DNA of 64,000 nt from Bacteroidales bacterium (GCA_031551725.1 JAVBNF010000002.1:2296-66295); one strand, 5' to 3'; numbered from the stretch's first letter, positions 17,879 through 27,682 are shown. The notes: generated by a model from the letters alone, not told the origin. Program-made: numbers and translations.

Positions 17879-19306
17879 ATGGAGCAAGATTGCAATAGCG
17901 CATGGAGCAAGTGTCTGGAAATCATACGTGATAATTTGGGCAATGGTCGTGTGTTTGATACTTGGTTCGAACCTATCAAACCTATTCGTTTGGAAAATAG
18001 CGTTCTGACTATACAAGTTCCCAGCCAATTCTTTTACGAATGGTTGGAAGAACATTATATTGATCTACTTCGTAAAACAATAAAACGTGTTTTTGGTCCC
18101 GACGGCCGTTTGGAATACAGCATCATTATGGATAGTAGTACGGCTTACGGCATATCTGCACCGATGTCGAACCGCAAAGAAACTCAAAATCCACCAACGG
18201 TTATGCCTTTCAATTTCAATCCCGAAAATATGAAAAGCATTCCCGATCCTTTTGTTATTCCCGGTTTGAGAAAAGTAAAAATCAATTCTCAACTTAACGA
18301 AAATTATTCTTTTGATACATTTATTGAAGGCGACTGCAACCGTTTGGCGCGAGCTGCCGGGTATGCAATTGCTGAAAATCCCGGTAAAACTGCTTTCAAT
18401 CCGCTTTTGCTTTATAGCCCCAGCGGTTTAGGTAAAACACATTTGATTCAAGCAATCGGTATTCAAACCAAACGTAATTTTCCCGATTCTACCGTACTTT
18501 ATGTAACAGCGGATCAATTCATCCAACAATTTACAGAAGCGGTGCGCAATGGAAATTATAATGATTTCTCTCACTTCTATCAACTGATTGATGTGTTGTT
18601 GATTGATGATATTCATAAATTTGCCGGAAAAGATAAGACACAGGACCAATTTTTCCATATCTTCAACTATCTCCACCAAAACGGAAAGCAAATTATCATG
18701 ACCTCCGACAAAGCTCCGGTGGACTTGGTAGGTATTGAGCCGCGCTTGCTTTCACGTTTCAAATGGGGATTGGCAACCGACTTGCAAGTGCCCGATGTGG
18801 AAACACGCATGTCGATTTTGAAAAGCAAAATCCATCAAAACGGCGTGGAAATGCCGCAAGATGTAATTGAATATATTGCTTACAGTATTTCTACCAATGT
18901 TCGAGAACTCGAAGGAGCGCTCAACTCATTGTTGGCGCAATCGATTTTGACGAAAAAAGATATCACGCTCGATTTGGCAAAACAAATGATTGATAAAATC
19001 GTTCGTAACTCTGCCAAAGAAATTTCAATTGATTACATTCAAAAAATTGTTTGCGATTATTTCGAAATTCCAATCGACCAAATCAATTCGAAAACGCGTC
19101 GTCGCGAAATCGTACAAGCGCGTCAGTTGGCGATGTATTTTTCGCGCAAGCATACCAAACTTTCCTTGGCAAGCATTGGTGATGCATGTGGAAATAAAGA
19201 TCACGCTACCGTACTTCATGCAAGTAAAACGGTAGAAAATCTTCTCGAAACCGACAAACAATTCCGCCAACACGTGGAAGAATTGGATAAACGGATAAAA
19301 CTTTAA
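17879..19306 (+). CDS. dnaA: Chromosomal replication initiator protein DnaA
   Basis: Walker A GLGKTHL, Walker B LLIDDIH, sensor NVRELEGAL, C-terminal DNA-binding HATVLHA. ATG at 17879 is preferred over the TTG at 17819. Confidence 0.95.
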   Translation: MEQDCNSAWSKCLEIIRDNLGNGRVFDTWFEPIKPIRLENSVLTIQVPSQFFYEWLEEHYIDLLRKTIKRVFGPDGRLEYSIIMDSSTAYGISAPMSNRKETQNPPTVMPFNFNPENMKSIPDPFVIPGLRKVKINSQLNENYSFDTFIEGDCNRLARAAGYAIAENPGKTAFNPLLLYSPSGLGKTHLIQAIGIQTKRNFPDSTVLYVTADQFIQQFTEAVRNGNYNDFSHFYQLIDVLLIDDIHKFAGKDKTQDQFFHIFNYLHQNGKQIIMTSDKAPVDLVGIEPRLLSRFKWGLATDLQVPDVETRMSILKSKIHQNGVEMPQDVIEYIAYSISTNVRELEGALNSLLAQSILTKKDITLDLAKQMIDKIVRNSAKEISIDYIQKIVCDYFEIPIDQINSKTRRREIVQARQLAMYFSRKHTKLSLASIGDACGNKDHATVLHASKTVENLLETDKQFRQHVEELDKRIKL

Positions 19307-19330
19307 AAATTGTTGTTTCTAAATAAGGTG

Positions 19331-19370
19331 ACCGCTGTTGAAGTTAGTTAATTTCAGCAGCGGTTTTTTA
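19331..19370 (+). terminator. Intrinsic terminator after dnaA
   Basis: ACCGCTGTTGAA...TTCAGCAGCGGT stem followed by TTTTTT. Confidence 0.7.
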
Positions 19371-19675
19371 TTTGCTGATTTTTGATTGCTAAATTGTGAA
19401 AATGATTCATTGCCGTCAGCTTCAGCTGACGGATTTGGAATGGTTACAAAATCATTCGGCTTTAGGTAGAGAAATTGTAATTTTATTTGCATCTACTGCG
19501 TAAATCTGCGCAATTTTTTAAAATCTGCGATAAACCGAGCCGCAGGCGAGCTCATGAGCCGATAGGCGAATAAACAGTCAGCGAAGCTGACCATTACGCG
19601 TAGCGTTACCGCAAAATAAAAATAATTGTTTCCTTTCATTAACAATTAATCATTAATAATTAACAATTATTTTAT

Positions 19676-19683
19676 TATCTTTG
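19676..19683 (+). promoter_or_regulatory. -7 promoter box TATCTTTG
   Basis: TAnnTTTG match 9 nt upstream of the ATG at 19692. Confidence 0.5.
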
Positions 19684-19691
19684 TACATCAA

Positions 19692-20396
19692 ATGACACCA
19701 AACAAACTATATCTCATCCCCACCGTTATAGGTGATGTGCCGTGGCAGCAAGTGCTTCCGCCGGCAAACATTGATGTGGTTGCAAGCATCCGTACATTCA
19801 TTGTCGAAGATGTGCGCACCGCCCGCCGTTTCCTGCGCAAGTTCGGATATACGGCCAATTTCGATGAAGTAACGTTTTTGGAATTAAACCAGCATTCAAA
19901 ACCCGAAGAAATTTCTACCTATTTAAATAGTATCAAACAAGGTTCTATCGGCTTACTTTCTGAAGCCGGCGTGCCTTGTGTGGCCGACCCCGGTGCGGTG
20001 ATTGTGAAAATGGCCCACGAGAAAAACATCGAAGTTGTTCCATTGGTCGGACCGTCCTCCATATTAATGGGCTTGATGGCATCCGGTTTCAATGGACAAA
20101 ATTTTGCGTTTATCGGTTATCTACCGATTGACAAACACGAACGTTCGAAAAAAATTAAGGAACTCGAAACATGGATATATAAAAACAGCCAAACACAAAT
20201 TTTTATCGAAACGCCTTATCGAAATAATGCATTATTAGATGCTCTTTTCGAAACGTGCAATCCGCAAACCAAACTTTGCATCGCCGCCAACATCAGCATG
20301 GAAAACCAATTCATTAAAACAAAATCCATCGCCGATTGGAAAAAATCCAAACCCGATTTATCCAAACAAAACACGGTGTTTTTAATATATAAATAA
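19692..20396 (+). CDS. SAM-dependent methyltransferase, tetrapyrrole-methylase fold (RsmI-like)
   Basis: LYLIPTVIGD...SEAGVPCVADPG...VPLVGPSS resembles the RsmI/TP_methylase family. Confidence 0.7.
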   Translation: MTPNKLYLIPTVIGDVPWQQVLPPANIDVVASIRTFIVEDVRTARRFLRKFGYTANFDEVTFLELNQHSKPEEISTYLNSIKQGSIGLLSEAGVPCVADPGAVIVKMAHEKNIEVVPLVGPSSILMGLMASGFNGQNFAFIGYLPIDKHERSKKIKELETWIYKNSQTQIFIETPYRNNALLDALFETCNPQTKLCIAANISMENQFIKTKSIADWKKSKPDLSKQNTVFLIYK

Positions 20397-20467
20397 GTTT
20401 CAAAGTTTCAATAGTTTCAGATGTTTGATTGAAACCAGAAACCAGAAACTAAAAACCAGAAACTAAA

Positions 20468-21727
20468 ATGAAGCCTCTCGCCGAACTCCTCCGCCCCCAA
20501 ACACTCGAAGACTACATCGGGCAAAAACACCTGATGGGAGAGGGGGCCGTTTTGCGCAAAGCCATTGAAAGCGGAAACATCCCGTCCATGATTCTTTGGG
20601 GACCTCCCGGCGTTGGAAAAACCACGCTGGCACAACTCATTTCAAACTATCTGAACAAACCGTTTTTCACGCTTAGCGCGATAAGTAGCGGAGTGAAAGA
20701 AGTGCGCGAAGTAATCGAACATGCAAAACAATTGCAAAATGCAATTCTGTTCATCGATGAGATCCATCGGTTCAACAAATCACAACAAGATTCGTTACTC
20801 AATGCGGTCGAGCGCGGCATCATTACTTTGATTGGTGCAACAACTGAAAATCCTTCATTCGAAGTTATCTCGGCTTTGCTTTCGCGCTGTCAAACGTACA
20901 TTTTAAAAGCCTTTGATGAAAATGATTTAATCGATATGTTAAATCATGCCGTAAAATATCTTAAAGAATCGCAAAACATAGAAATAGTTTTAGATGAAAC
21001 GGAAGCGCTATTGCGTGTGTCGGGCGGCGATGGTCGCAAACTCTTAAATGCACTCGAATTAGTTGTCAATTCATCGAAAATAGAGGGGGCGTTGCACATT
21101 ACCAACCCAATGGTGTTGGATATTGTGCAGGCAAATCTTGCCATGTACGACAAAGGCGGTGAAATGCACTATGATGTCATTTCTGCCTTTATCAAATCCA
21201 TCCGCGGAAGCGATCCCAATGCCGCCGTATATTACTTGGCACGCATGATTAATGGCGGCGAAGATCCCAAATTCATCGCTCGCCGATTACTTATTTTGGC
21301 TTCCGAAGACATTGGAAATGCCAATCCCAACGCGCTTTTACTTGCAAATGCTTGTTTTGAAGCCGTGCATAAAGTCGGATATCCGGAGTGTCGCATTCCG
21401 TTGAGTCAAACCACAATTTATCTGGCAACATCGCCCAAAAGCAATGCTTCATACGTGGCCATTGACGATGCGTTAGCTTTGGTTGAAAAAACAGGAAACT
21501 TGCCTGTGCCTTTGCATTTGCGCAATGCGCCAACGAAACTGATGAAAAATATTGGTTATGGCAAAGAATATAAATACGCTCACAGTTTTGAAAATAATTT
21601 TGTAGAGCAAGAATTCCTTCCGGAAAAAATCGAGGGAACTACATTTTATGCTCCGCAAAACAATGCCAAAGAACGCGATATTAAAAAATTCTTGAATTTC
21701 CTTTGGAAAGGAAAATATGGGTATTAG
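20468..21727 (+). CDS. rarA: Replication-associated recombination protein A (AAA+ ATPase)
   Basis: LRPQTLEDYIGQKHL, Walker A GPPGVGKTT, Walker B LFIDEIHRFNK, C-terminal MgsA domain DPNAAVYYLARM. Confidence 0.92.
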   Translation: MKPLAELLRPQTLEDYIGQKHLMGEGAVLRKAIESGNIPSMILWGPPGVGKTTLAQLISNYLNKPFFTLSAISSGVKEVREVIEHAKQLQNAILFIDEIHRFNKSQQDSLLNAVERGIITLIGATTENPSFEVISALLSRCQTYILKAFDENDLIDMLNHAVKYLKESQNIEIVLDETEALLRVSGGDGRKLLNALELVVNSSKIEGALHITNPMVLDIVQANLAMYDKGGEMHYDVISAFIKSIRGSDPNAAVYYLARMINGGEDPKFIARRLLILASEDIGNANPNALLLANACFEAVHKVGYPECRIPLSQTTIYLATSPKSNASYVAIDDALALVEKTGNLPVPLHLRNAPTKLMKNIGYGKEYKYAHSFENNFVEQEFLPEKIEGTTFYAPQNNAKERDIKKFLNFLWKGKYGY

Positions 21728-21898
21728 TAGAATGCCTCTACCGCGTAAATTTGCGTAATCTCCGAAAATCAGCGATTACCTCTCGCCGTGAGGCGAAATT
21801 ACACACAGCGTCCCGTGCAATAAAAAATATATTTGCATGGTTGAATCTACGTGAATCTACTCTTTGTAAATATTATTAAAAAATCCCCAATATTTTTG

Positions 21899-21906
21899 TA
21901 TCTTTG
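21899..21906 (+). promoter_or_regulatory. -7 promoter box TATCTTTG
   Basis: TAnnTTTG match about 90 nt upstream of the ATG at 21997. Confidence 0.45.
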
Positions 21907-21996
21907 CAGATTGACAAATTTTAGATTTATAATTTGCGATCAAATACATCGTATATCGTACATTGTAAATCATAAATCGTATATTTAATTAAATCT

Positions 21997-23430
21997 ATGG
22001 AAGAAAATATAAACACTACCGAACTCGAAGATACTTTTGTTGAAGGGGAGGTAAGAAGAATAAAACCTGAAAACGTTTACGCTACGCGCGGCTGTTGCGG
22101 AAAAATAAAACTCGACGATAATTCGAGAGAACATCAAATGGCCAGCTGTGGAAAAATGCACGCTTACGGTTGGACACAAAAACTTGAAATTCCCAATCCC
22201 GAAAGACAGTTTAACATTGTGGAAGTCCGCTTTAAAAACTCGCGCAAAGACTTTTTTCGTTTTAACCCCACTTGCGAACAACGCTATCAAATAGGTGATA
22301 TTGTCACTGTTGATGGTGTAAGTGGATACGACGTCGGCATCATTACCTTGGTTGGCGATATTGTTAAACTACAATTGAAAAAACGCAATATCGCTCCGGA
22401 TTCCGATACAATTAAAAAGTTACATCGTTTGGCAAATGCAAACGACATTGAAAAATGGAACAGCACAATTGAAACCGAAAACCAAACCCAAGAACGCTCA
22501 CGCAAAATAGCAATGGATTTAGGTTTGGCAATGAAAATAAATAGTGTCGAATATCAAGGCGATTTTACAAAAGCAACTTTTTATTATACCGCTGACGACC
22601 GTGTGGATTTTCGCCAACTTATCCGTGTTTTAGCTGAAACATTTCGTGTGAAAATCGAAATGAAACAAATCGGACTTCGTCAAGAAGCCCAACTGCTTGG
22701 AGGTGTCGGTTCTTGCGGTCGCGAACTTTGTTGCGCAACATGGAAAAATCAATTCCAATCCGTAGGAACACAAGCCGCACGTGTGCAACAATTGTCGCCA
22801 AATCCACAAAAATTGGCCGGTCAATGCAGCAAAATCAAATGTTGCTTGAACTACGAATACGAAACCTATCAAGAAGCACTGAAAAATTTCCCGAACGAAC
22901 AGCCGATCGAAACCATTAAAGGTCGTGCACATTGCGTGAAAATTGATGTCTTCAAAGAACTCATGTACTACGCTTACGATGCAACGCCCAATAACTTTAT
23001 GACTTTTTCTGTACAAACAATTAAAGATTTATTGGAAAAAGTAAAACTCGGCGAAAAAATCGAAATGCTCGAAGAATACACCATCGAAGCTCAAAAACAC
23101 GTTGCCCCTGAAGCAAAAGTCGATTTTGAAAATGTAGTCGGGCAAGACGATCTTACCCGTTTCGATACGCCAAAATCTAATAATAAAAAACACAAGGGAA
23201 ATCGCCCCGGAGGAAATAGAAACAATCAACAAAGATCTGAACCCAGATCCGGAAAACAGAAACCAGAAACTAGAAACCAGAAACCAGAAATTTCCGCTAA
23301 TGCACCACAGCAAAAAAGCGGTGACGGAAATCAACAACATCGACATAAACATAAGCCCCACCACAAGCCAAATCCGAAAAACCAGCAAAAACCACAAAAT
23401 CCGCAGAATCAACAAAAAAATGAAAACTAA
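21997..23430 (+). CDS. PSP1 domain protein (RicT/YaaT-like) with K/P/Q/N-rich low-complexity tail
   Basis: Conserved PSP1 C-terminal region GVGSCGRELCCATW...GQCSKIKCCLNYE. The tail is partly encoded by AACCAGA repeats. Confidence 0.8.
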   Translation: MEENINTTELEDTFVEGEVRRIKPENVYATRGCCGKIKLDDNSREHQMASCGKMHAYGWTQKLEIPNPERQFNIVEVRFKNSRKDFFRFNPTCEQRYQIGDIVTVDGVSGYDVGIITLVGDIVKLQLKKRNIAPDSDTIKKLHRLANANDIEKWNSTIETENQTQERSRKIAMDLGLAMKINSVEYQGDFTKATFYYTADDRVDFRQLIRVLAETFRVKIEMKQIGLRQEAQLLGGVGSCGRELCCATWKNQFQSVGTQAARVQQLSPNPQKLAGQCSKIKCCLNYEYETYQEALKNFPNEQPIETIKGRAHCVKIDVFKELMYYAYDATPNNFMTFSVQTIKDLLEKVKLGEKIEMLEEYTIEAQKHVAPEAKVDFENVVGQDDLTRFDTPKSNNKKHKGNRPGGNRNNQQRSEPRSGKQKPETRNQKPEISANAPQQKSGDGNQQHRHKHKPHHKPNPKNQQKPQNPQNQQKNEN

Positions 23431-23905
23431 GAACTTTTCAAAAACCGTTTTACTTGCACTTTTTGTTGCGATTGCTTGTTTTGCTTGCGATAAAACAGTG
23501 TTTTATGCCGATACACAAAGTGTGGACGAAGGCGGTTGGCCGGCTACACAAAAACTGAAATTCGAAATCAATGTAACCGATACGGTGCAGGCTTATAATT
23601 TCTATTTCTTGCTTCGCCATACGGCCAATTTCGAATGGATGAATGCATTTTTTTTTATGCAGACAACGTTTCCGAATAAAGAGATTGCCCACGATACGCT
23701 TGAATGTGTTCTTGCTGATGAAAATGGAGAATGGTTTGGTCGCGGTCGCGGAACCGTAAAAGATAATAAAATTATGTTCAAACCTTGTGTCCGCTTCCCA
23801 ATGAAAGGAAGATATACCTTCGAAATTCAACACGGAATGCGTGAACTCAATTTAAAAAACATCAAAGACGTTGGACTCCGCCTCGAAAATTGCACCATGA
23901 AATAA
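23420..23905 (+). CDS. gldH: Gliding motility lipoprotein GldH
   Basis: Lipoprotein signal LFVAIACFAC, then GWPATQKLKFEI...FEWMNAFFFMQTTFP...GRGRG typical of GldH. Overlaps the PSP1 gene end by 11 nt. Confidence 0.8.
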   Translation: MKTKNFSKTVLLALFVAIACFACDKTVFYADTQSVDEGGWPATQKLKFEINVTDTVQAYNFYFLLRHTANFEWMNAFFFMQTTFPNKEIAHDTLECVLADENGEWFGRGRGTVKDNKIMFKPCVRFPMKGRYTFEIQHGMRELNLKNIKDVGLRLENCTMK

Positions 23906-23951
23906 ACTTCTCAAACTATTCAAACTTCTCAAACTATTCAAACTTTTAAAC

Positions 23952-26231
23952 ATGGAACCTGTCCGCAAAATACGTAACAAACCGGAAGTAAAAACCCAAA
24001 ACAACAAAGAACCTCGCAAACGCTTTTGGGTAATCTTCGGTGCATGTTGGGGATTTGTAATCTTGATATTCCTCTTCCTTTCTTTGGGTTGGATTGGTTT
24101 CATGCCGAGTTTCGAAGAACTCGAAAATCCGAAAAGCAACCTCGCCTCTGAAGTCGTTTCTGCCGACCAGCAGATCTTGGGAACTTATTATGTTGAAAAC
24201 CGTTCTAACGTTCATTATTCGGAACTTTCTCCATACATTGTTCAAGCGCTTATCGCGACCGAAGATGTGCGCTATTTCGAACATCCCGGTATCGACTTGA
24301 AATCTTTGGCACGTGTATTTACAAAAACAATTATCGGCGGACAAAAAAGTTCCGGTGGTGGTAGTACAATTACTCAGCAGTTGGCTAAAAACTTATTCCC
24401 TCGTAAGCGCCAATCCAAAATATCACTTGCTTTCCGCAAATTAAAAGAATGGATCATTGCCGCCAAACTTGAACATAACTATTCGAAAGAAGAAATTTTG
24501 GCAATGTATTTGAACACCGTCGATTTTGGAAACAATGCTTTCGGTATCAAAATTGCTGCCAATGCCTATTTCGGAAAAACACCAGACTCATTGAATATTC
24601 AGGAATCGGCAATGCTGATTGGTTTGCTTAAAGCGCCGACCTATTACAGCCCTATCCGCAATCCTGAAAACGCTTTGCGCCGACGTAGTGTCGTATTACA
24701 TCAGATGCTCAAAGCTGATTTTATTACCGAAGATCAATATGAAACCTTGAATAAGACACCTATCGAAGTTTCCAGATTTGCTCAACAAGATCATACCACC
24801 GGATTGGCAACTTACTTCCGTGAATACTTGCGTCAATGGATGCTTGATTGGTGTAAAACACATAAAAAATCCGACGGCTCAAACTATAATTTATATAAAG
24901 ATGGATTGAAAATCTACACAACCATCAACTCTCGTATGCAACGCTACGCAGAAGAAGCTGTTGCCGAACACATGGGCAAAGATATCCAACCTGCTTTCTA
25001 TGCGCACATGAAGAATTATAAAACTGCACCTTTTGTAAATCTTTCGGAAGAAGAAATCCAACGTACATTGCAACAAGCACAAAAAAATTCTGAACGGTAT
25101 AAGGATATGCGCGAAGAAGGAGCGTCAAAAGCTGAAATCGAAACAGCTTTTCATACAAAAGTGCGTATGAAAGTCTTCACTTGGCAAGGCGAAAAAGACA
25201 CCGTCATGTCGCCTTGGGATTCACTTATTTATTACAAGTATTTCCTACATTCAGGTTTGATGTCCATGGAGCCGCAAACCGGTTATGTACGCGCTTACGT
25301 GGGTGGCATTAACTATAAACACTTTCAATTTGATAATGTTGAATATGGAAAACGTCAGGTAGGATCCACTTTTAAACCATTTGTTTACACCCTCGCTATG
25401 CAGGAAGGCGAATATAGCCCTTGTACCGAAGTGCCTAACACACCTGTGTGTATTTCTACGCCTGGCCAGCCCGATTGGTGCCCTAAAAACTCCAACAAAG
25501 ACAAAGAAGGAGAAATGGTCACCCTCAAATGGGCATTGGCAAACTCCATAAACTATGTTTCTGCATACTTGATGAAACGTTTTACGCCGCAAGCCGTTGT
25601 TCAGATTGCTCAAAAAATGGGTATTACATCTCCCCTTGATCCTGTTCCTTCTATTTGCCTTGGAACCGTTGATGTTTCTGTTGCCGAAATGACCGGCGCA
25701 ATGTCCACTTTCGTAAATAAGGGAATTCATATTGAACCGATTTTTGTTACACGTATCGAAGATCGTAATGGCGTCGTTATTGATCGCTTCACTGCTCCGC
25801 AAAACGAAGCTGTCAGCGAAGAAACGGCTTATTTAATGCTTTCGCTGATGCAAGGTGTTGTGGATGGCGGAACCGGCGTTCGCTTGCGCTATAAATATGG
25901 TATTACATATCCGATTGCCGGACAAACCGGAACCACGCAAAACAACTCCGATGGTTGGTTTATGGGATTAACACCTTCATTAGTGACCGGTATTTGGGTA
26001 GGAGGAGAGGTGCGATCCGTGCATTTCCGCTCCACTGCACTCGGACAAGGTGCCAATACCGCATTGCCGATTTGGGCTATCTATATGAAGAAAGTATATG
26101 ATGATCCTGTGCTTAATGTGTCGAAAGAAAATTTTGAATATCCATCAAAACCGCTTTCTGTCGAACTCGATTGTGCGAAGTATAAACAAACACATCATAA
26201 TTCCGAACCCGTATTTGATGATGGAATTTAA
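23952..26231 (+). CDS. Penicillin-binding protein 1A (bifunctional transglycosylase/transpeptidase)
   Basis: GT51 motifs EDVRYFEHPGID and GGSTITQQLAKN. Transpeptidase motifs STFKP, SNS and KTGT-like (GQTGTT). Confidence 0.9.
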   Translation: MEPVRKIRNKPEVKTQNNKEPRKRFWVIFGACWGFVILIFLFLSLGWIGFMPSFEELENPKSNLASEVVSADQQILGTYYVENRSNVHYSELSPYIVQALIATEDVRYFEHPGIDLKSLARVFTKTIIGGQKSSGGGSTITQQLAKNLFPRKRQSKISLAFRKLKEWIIAAKLEHNYSKEEILAMYLNTVDFGNNAFGIKIAANAYFGKTPDSLNIQESAMLIGLLKAPTYYSPIRNPENALRRRSVVLHQMLKADFITEDQYETLNKTPIEVSRFAQQDHTTGLATYFREYLRQWMLDWCKTHKKSDGSNYNLYKDGLKIYTTINSRMQRYAEEAVAEHMGKDIQPAFYAHMKNYKTAPFVNLSEEEIQRTLQQAQKNSERYKDMREEGASKAEIETAFHTKVRMKVFTWQGEKDTVMSPWDSLIYYKYFLHSGLMSMEPQTGYVRAYVGGINYKHFQFDNVEYGKRQVGSTFKPFVYTLAMQEGEYSPCTEVPNTPVCISTPGQPDWCPKNSNKDKEGEMVTLKWALANSINYVSAYLMKRFTPQAVVQIAQKMGITSPLDPVPSICLGTVDVSVAEMTGAMSTFVNKGIHIEPIFVTRIEDRNGVVIDRFTAPQNEAVSEETAYLMLSLMQGVVDGGTGVRLRYKYGITYPIAGQTGTTQNNSDGWFMGLTPSLVTGIWVGGEVRSVHFRSTALGQGANTALPIWAIYMKKVYDDPVLNVSKENFEYPSKPLSVELDCAKYKQTHHNSEPVFDDGI

Positions 26232-26253
26232 AACTTTGTAGAAAAATAAAAAA

Positions 26254-26286
26254 TCCCGTAAGTGTTTCATTTACGGGGTTTTTTGT
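26254..26286 (+). terminator. Intrinsic terminator after the PBP1A gene
   Basis: CCCGTAA...TTACGGGG stem followed by a T-run. Confidence 0.7.
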
Positions 26287-26380
26287 TTTTAAGAATATGT
26301 TTTGTTAATAACTTTCACAACGAAAAATAAATAATTTGCCACCCCATCGCGTTTATATATATACTAAAATTTATTTCGCT

Positions 26381-27010
26381 ATGGAATTACAAATTATTCA
26401 AAACAAAATTTATGAGCTCCGCGGAGAACGTGTGATGCTCGATTATGATCTCGCTCAACTTTATGAAATTGAAACAAAACGTCTGAAAGAAGCTGTTCGT
26501 CGAAATGTTGATCGCTTCCCGTCCGACTTTATGTTTGAGCTATCAAAAGAAGAATTGGCAGATTTAAAATCTCAAAATGTAAATGATTCGAAATCAGCAA
26601 ACTGTTTGAGGATGCAATTTGCGTCCTCAAACAGTTTGCTGGAGGTCAGCGAGTTAGAAAACGGAGATTTAAACCTCTTGATTAATGCCCAACTACTATC
26701 AAAAGGAAGAGGCGGAATCCGTTATCATCCGTTTGCTTTTACCGAACAAGGAGTGGCAATGCTTGCCAGAGTGTTAAATAGTTCTAAAGCAATAGAAGTC
26801 AATATCTCAATTGTTCGTGCTTTTGTTGCTTTACGCAGATACGCCGTGGATTACGCCGATTTAAATTTGAAGTTGGAGAAATTTATGTCAGACACAAATC
26901 TTCAAATTGATGATATTTATCAAGTTTTGAAGGAATTAACAAATAGAAAGAAGCCGGAACAGAAGCCTCGTAATCCGGTCGGCTATCTCTATCCTAACAA
27001 AAAGCCTTAG
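26381..27010 (+). CDS. ORF6N domain protein (KilA-N-related DNA-binding) with an internal hairpin-encoded insertion
   Basis: IQNKIYELRGERVMLDYDLAQLYEIETKRLKEAVRRNVDRFPSDFMFEL and PFAFTEQGVAMLARVLNS match the ORF6N family. Confidence 0.8.
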   Translation: MELQIIQNKIYELRGERVMLDYDLAQLYEIETKRLKEAVRRNVDRFPSDFMFELSKEELADLKSQNVNDSKSANCLRMQFASSNSLLEVSELENGDLNLLINAQLLSKGRGGIRYHPFAFTEQGVAMLARVLNSSKAIEVNISIVRAFVALRRYAVDYADLNLKLEKFMSDTNLQIDDIYQVLKELTNRKKPEQKPRNPVGYLYPNKKP

Positions 27011-27133
27011 TTTTCAATCTTTTTTTTAATTGTTAATAACTTTTATGTGTTGTTTTTCAGAGTATTAGCTTTTTCTAAATGTCAAACATGAAAAAAAATA
27101 TAGAAAGTGCATTGATAATAAGAAAATTTTTAT

Positions 27134-27141
27134 TACCTTTG
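27134..27141 (+). promoter_or_regulatory. -7 promoter box TACCTTTG upstream of rpsL
   Basis: TAnnTTTG match. Confidence 0.5.
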
Positions 27142-27197
27142 CAATCCCCATTTTGGGTAGAAGTAAGAAAAAGTAACTATAACAAAGACAAAATAAT

Positions 27198-27605
27198 ATG
27201 CCAACAATTCAACAATTAGTTCGCAAAGGTCGGAAAAAATTGACGGATAAAAGCAAATCTCCTGCACTCGATTCTTGCCCGCAAAAACGCGGTGTTTGTG
27301 TGCGTGTGTACACGACTACTCCGAAAAAACCTAACTCGGCTATGCGTAAAGTAGCTCGTGTTCGTCTGACTAAAACGAACAAAGAAGTGAATGCCTACAT
27401 TCCGGGTGAAGGTCACAACCTCCAAGAACACTCCATCGTGATGATCCGTGGCGGTCGTGTGAAAGACCTTCCAGGTGTTCGCTACCACATCATCCGTGGC
27501 GCACTCGATACATCTGGCGTAGAGGGCCGTCGTCAACGCCGTTCTAAATACGGTGCTAAACGTCCGAAAGCCGGTGCTGCAGCTGCTCCTGCTAAAAAGA
27601 AATAA
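27198..27605 (+). CDS. rpsL: 30S ribosomal protein S12
   Basis: [12 protein letters not shown]...[11 protein letters not shown]. Confidence 0.97.
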   Translation: MPTIQQLVRKGRKKLTDKSKSPALDSCPQKRGVCVRVYTTTPKKPNSAMRKVARVRLTKTNKEVNAYIPGEGHNLQEHSIVMIRGGRVKDLPGVRYHIIRGALDTSGVEGRRQRRSKYGAKRPKAGAAAAPAKKK

Positions 27606-27682
27606 TTAAGAAAATAAGAACAGGGGCGGCACTATGCTCGCCTTTGAGTAAATAACAATTGAAGCATACTTAATAAAGTACA

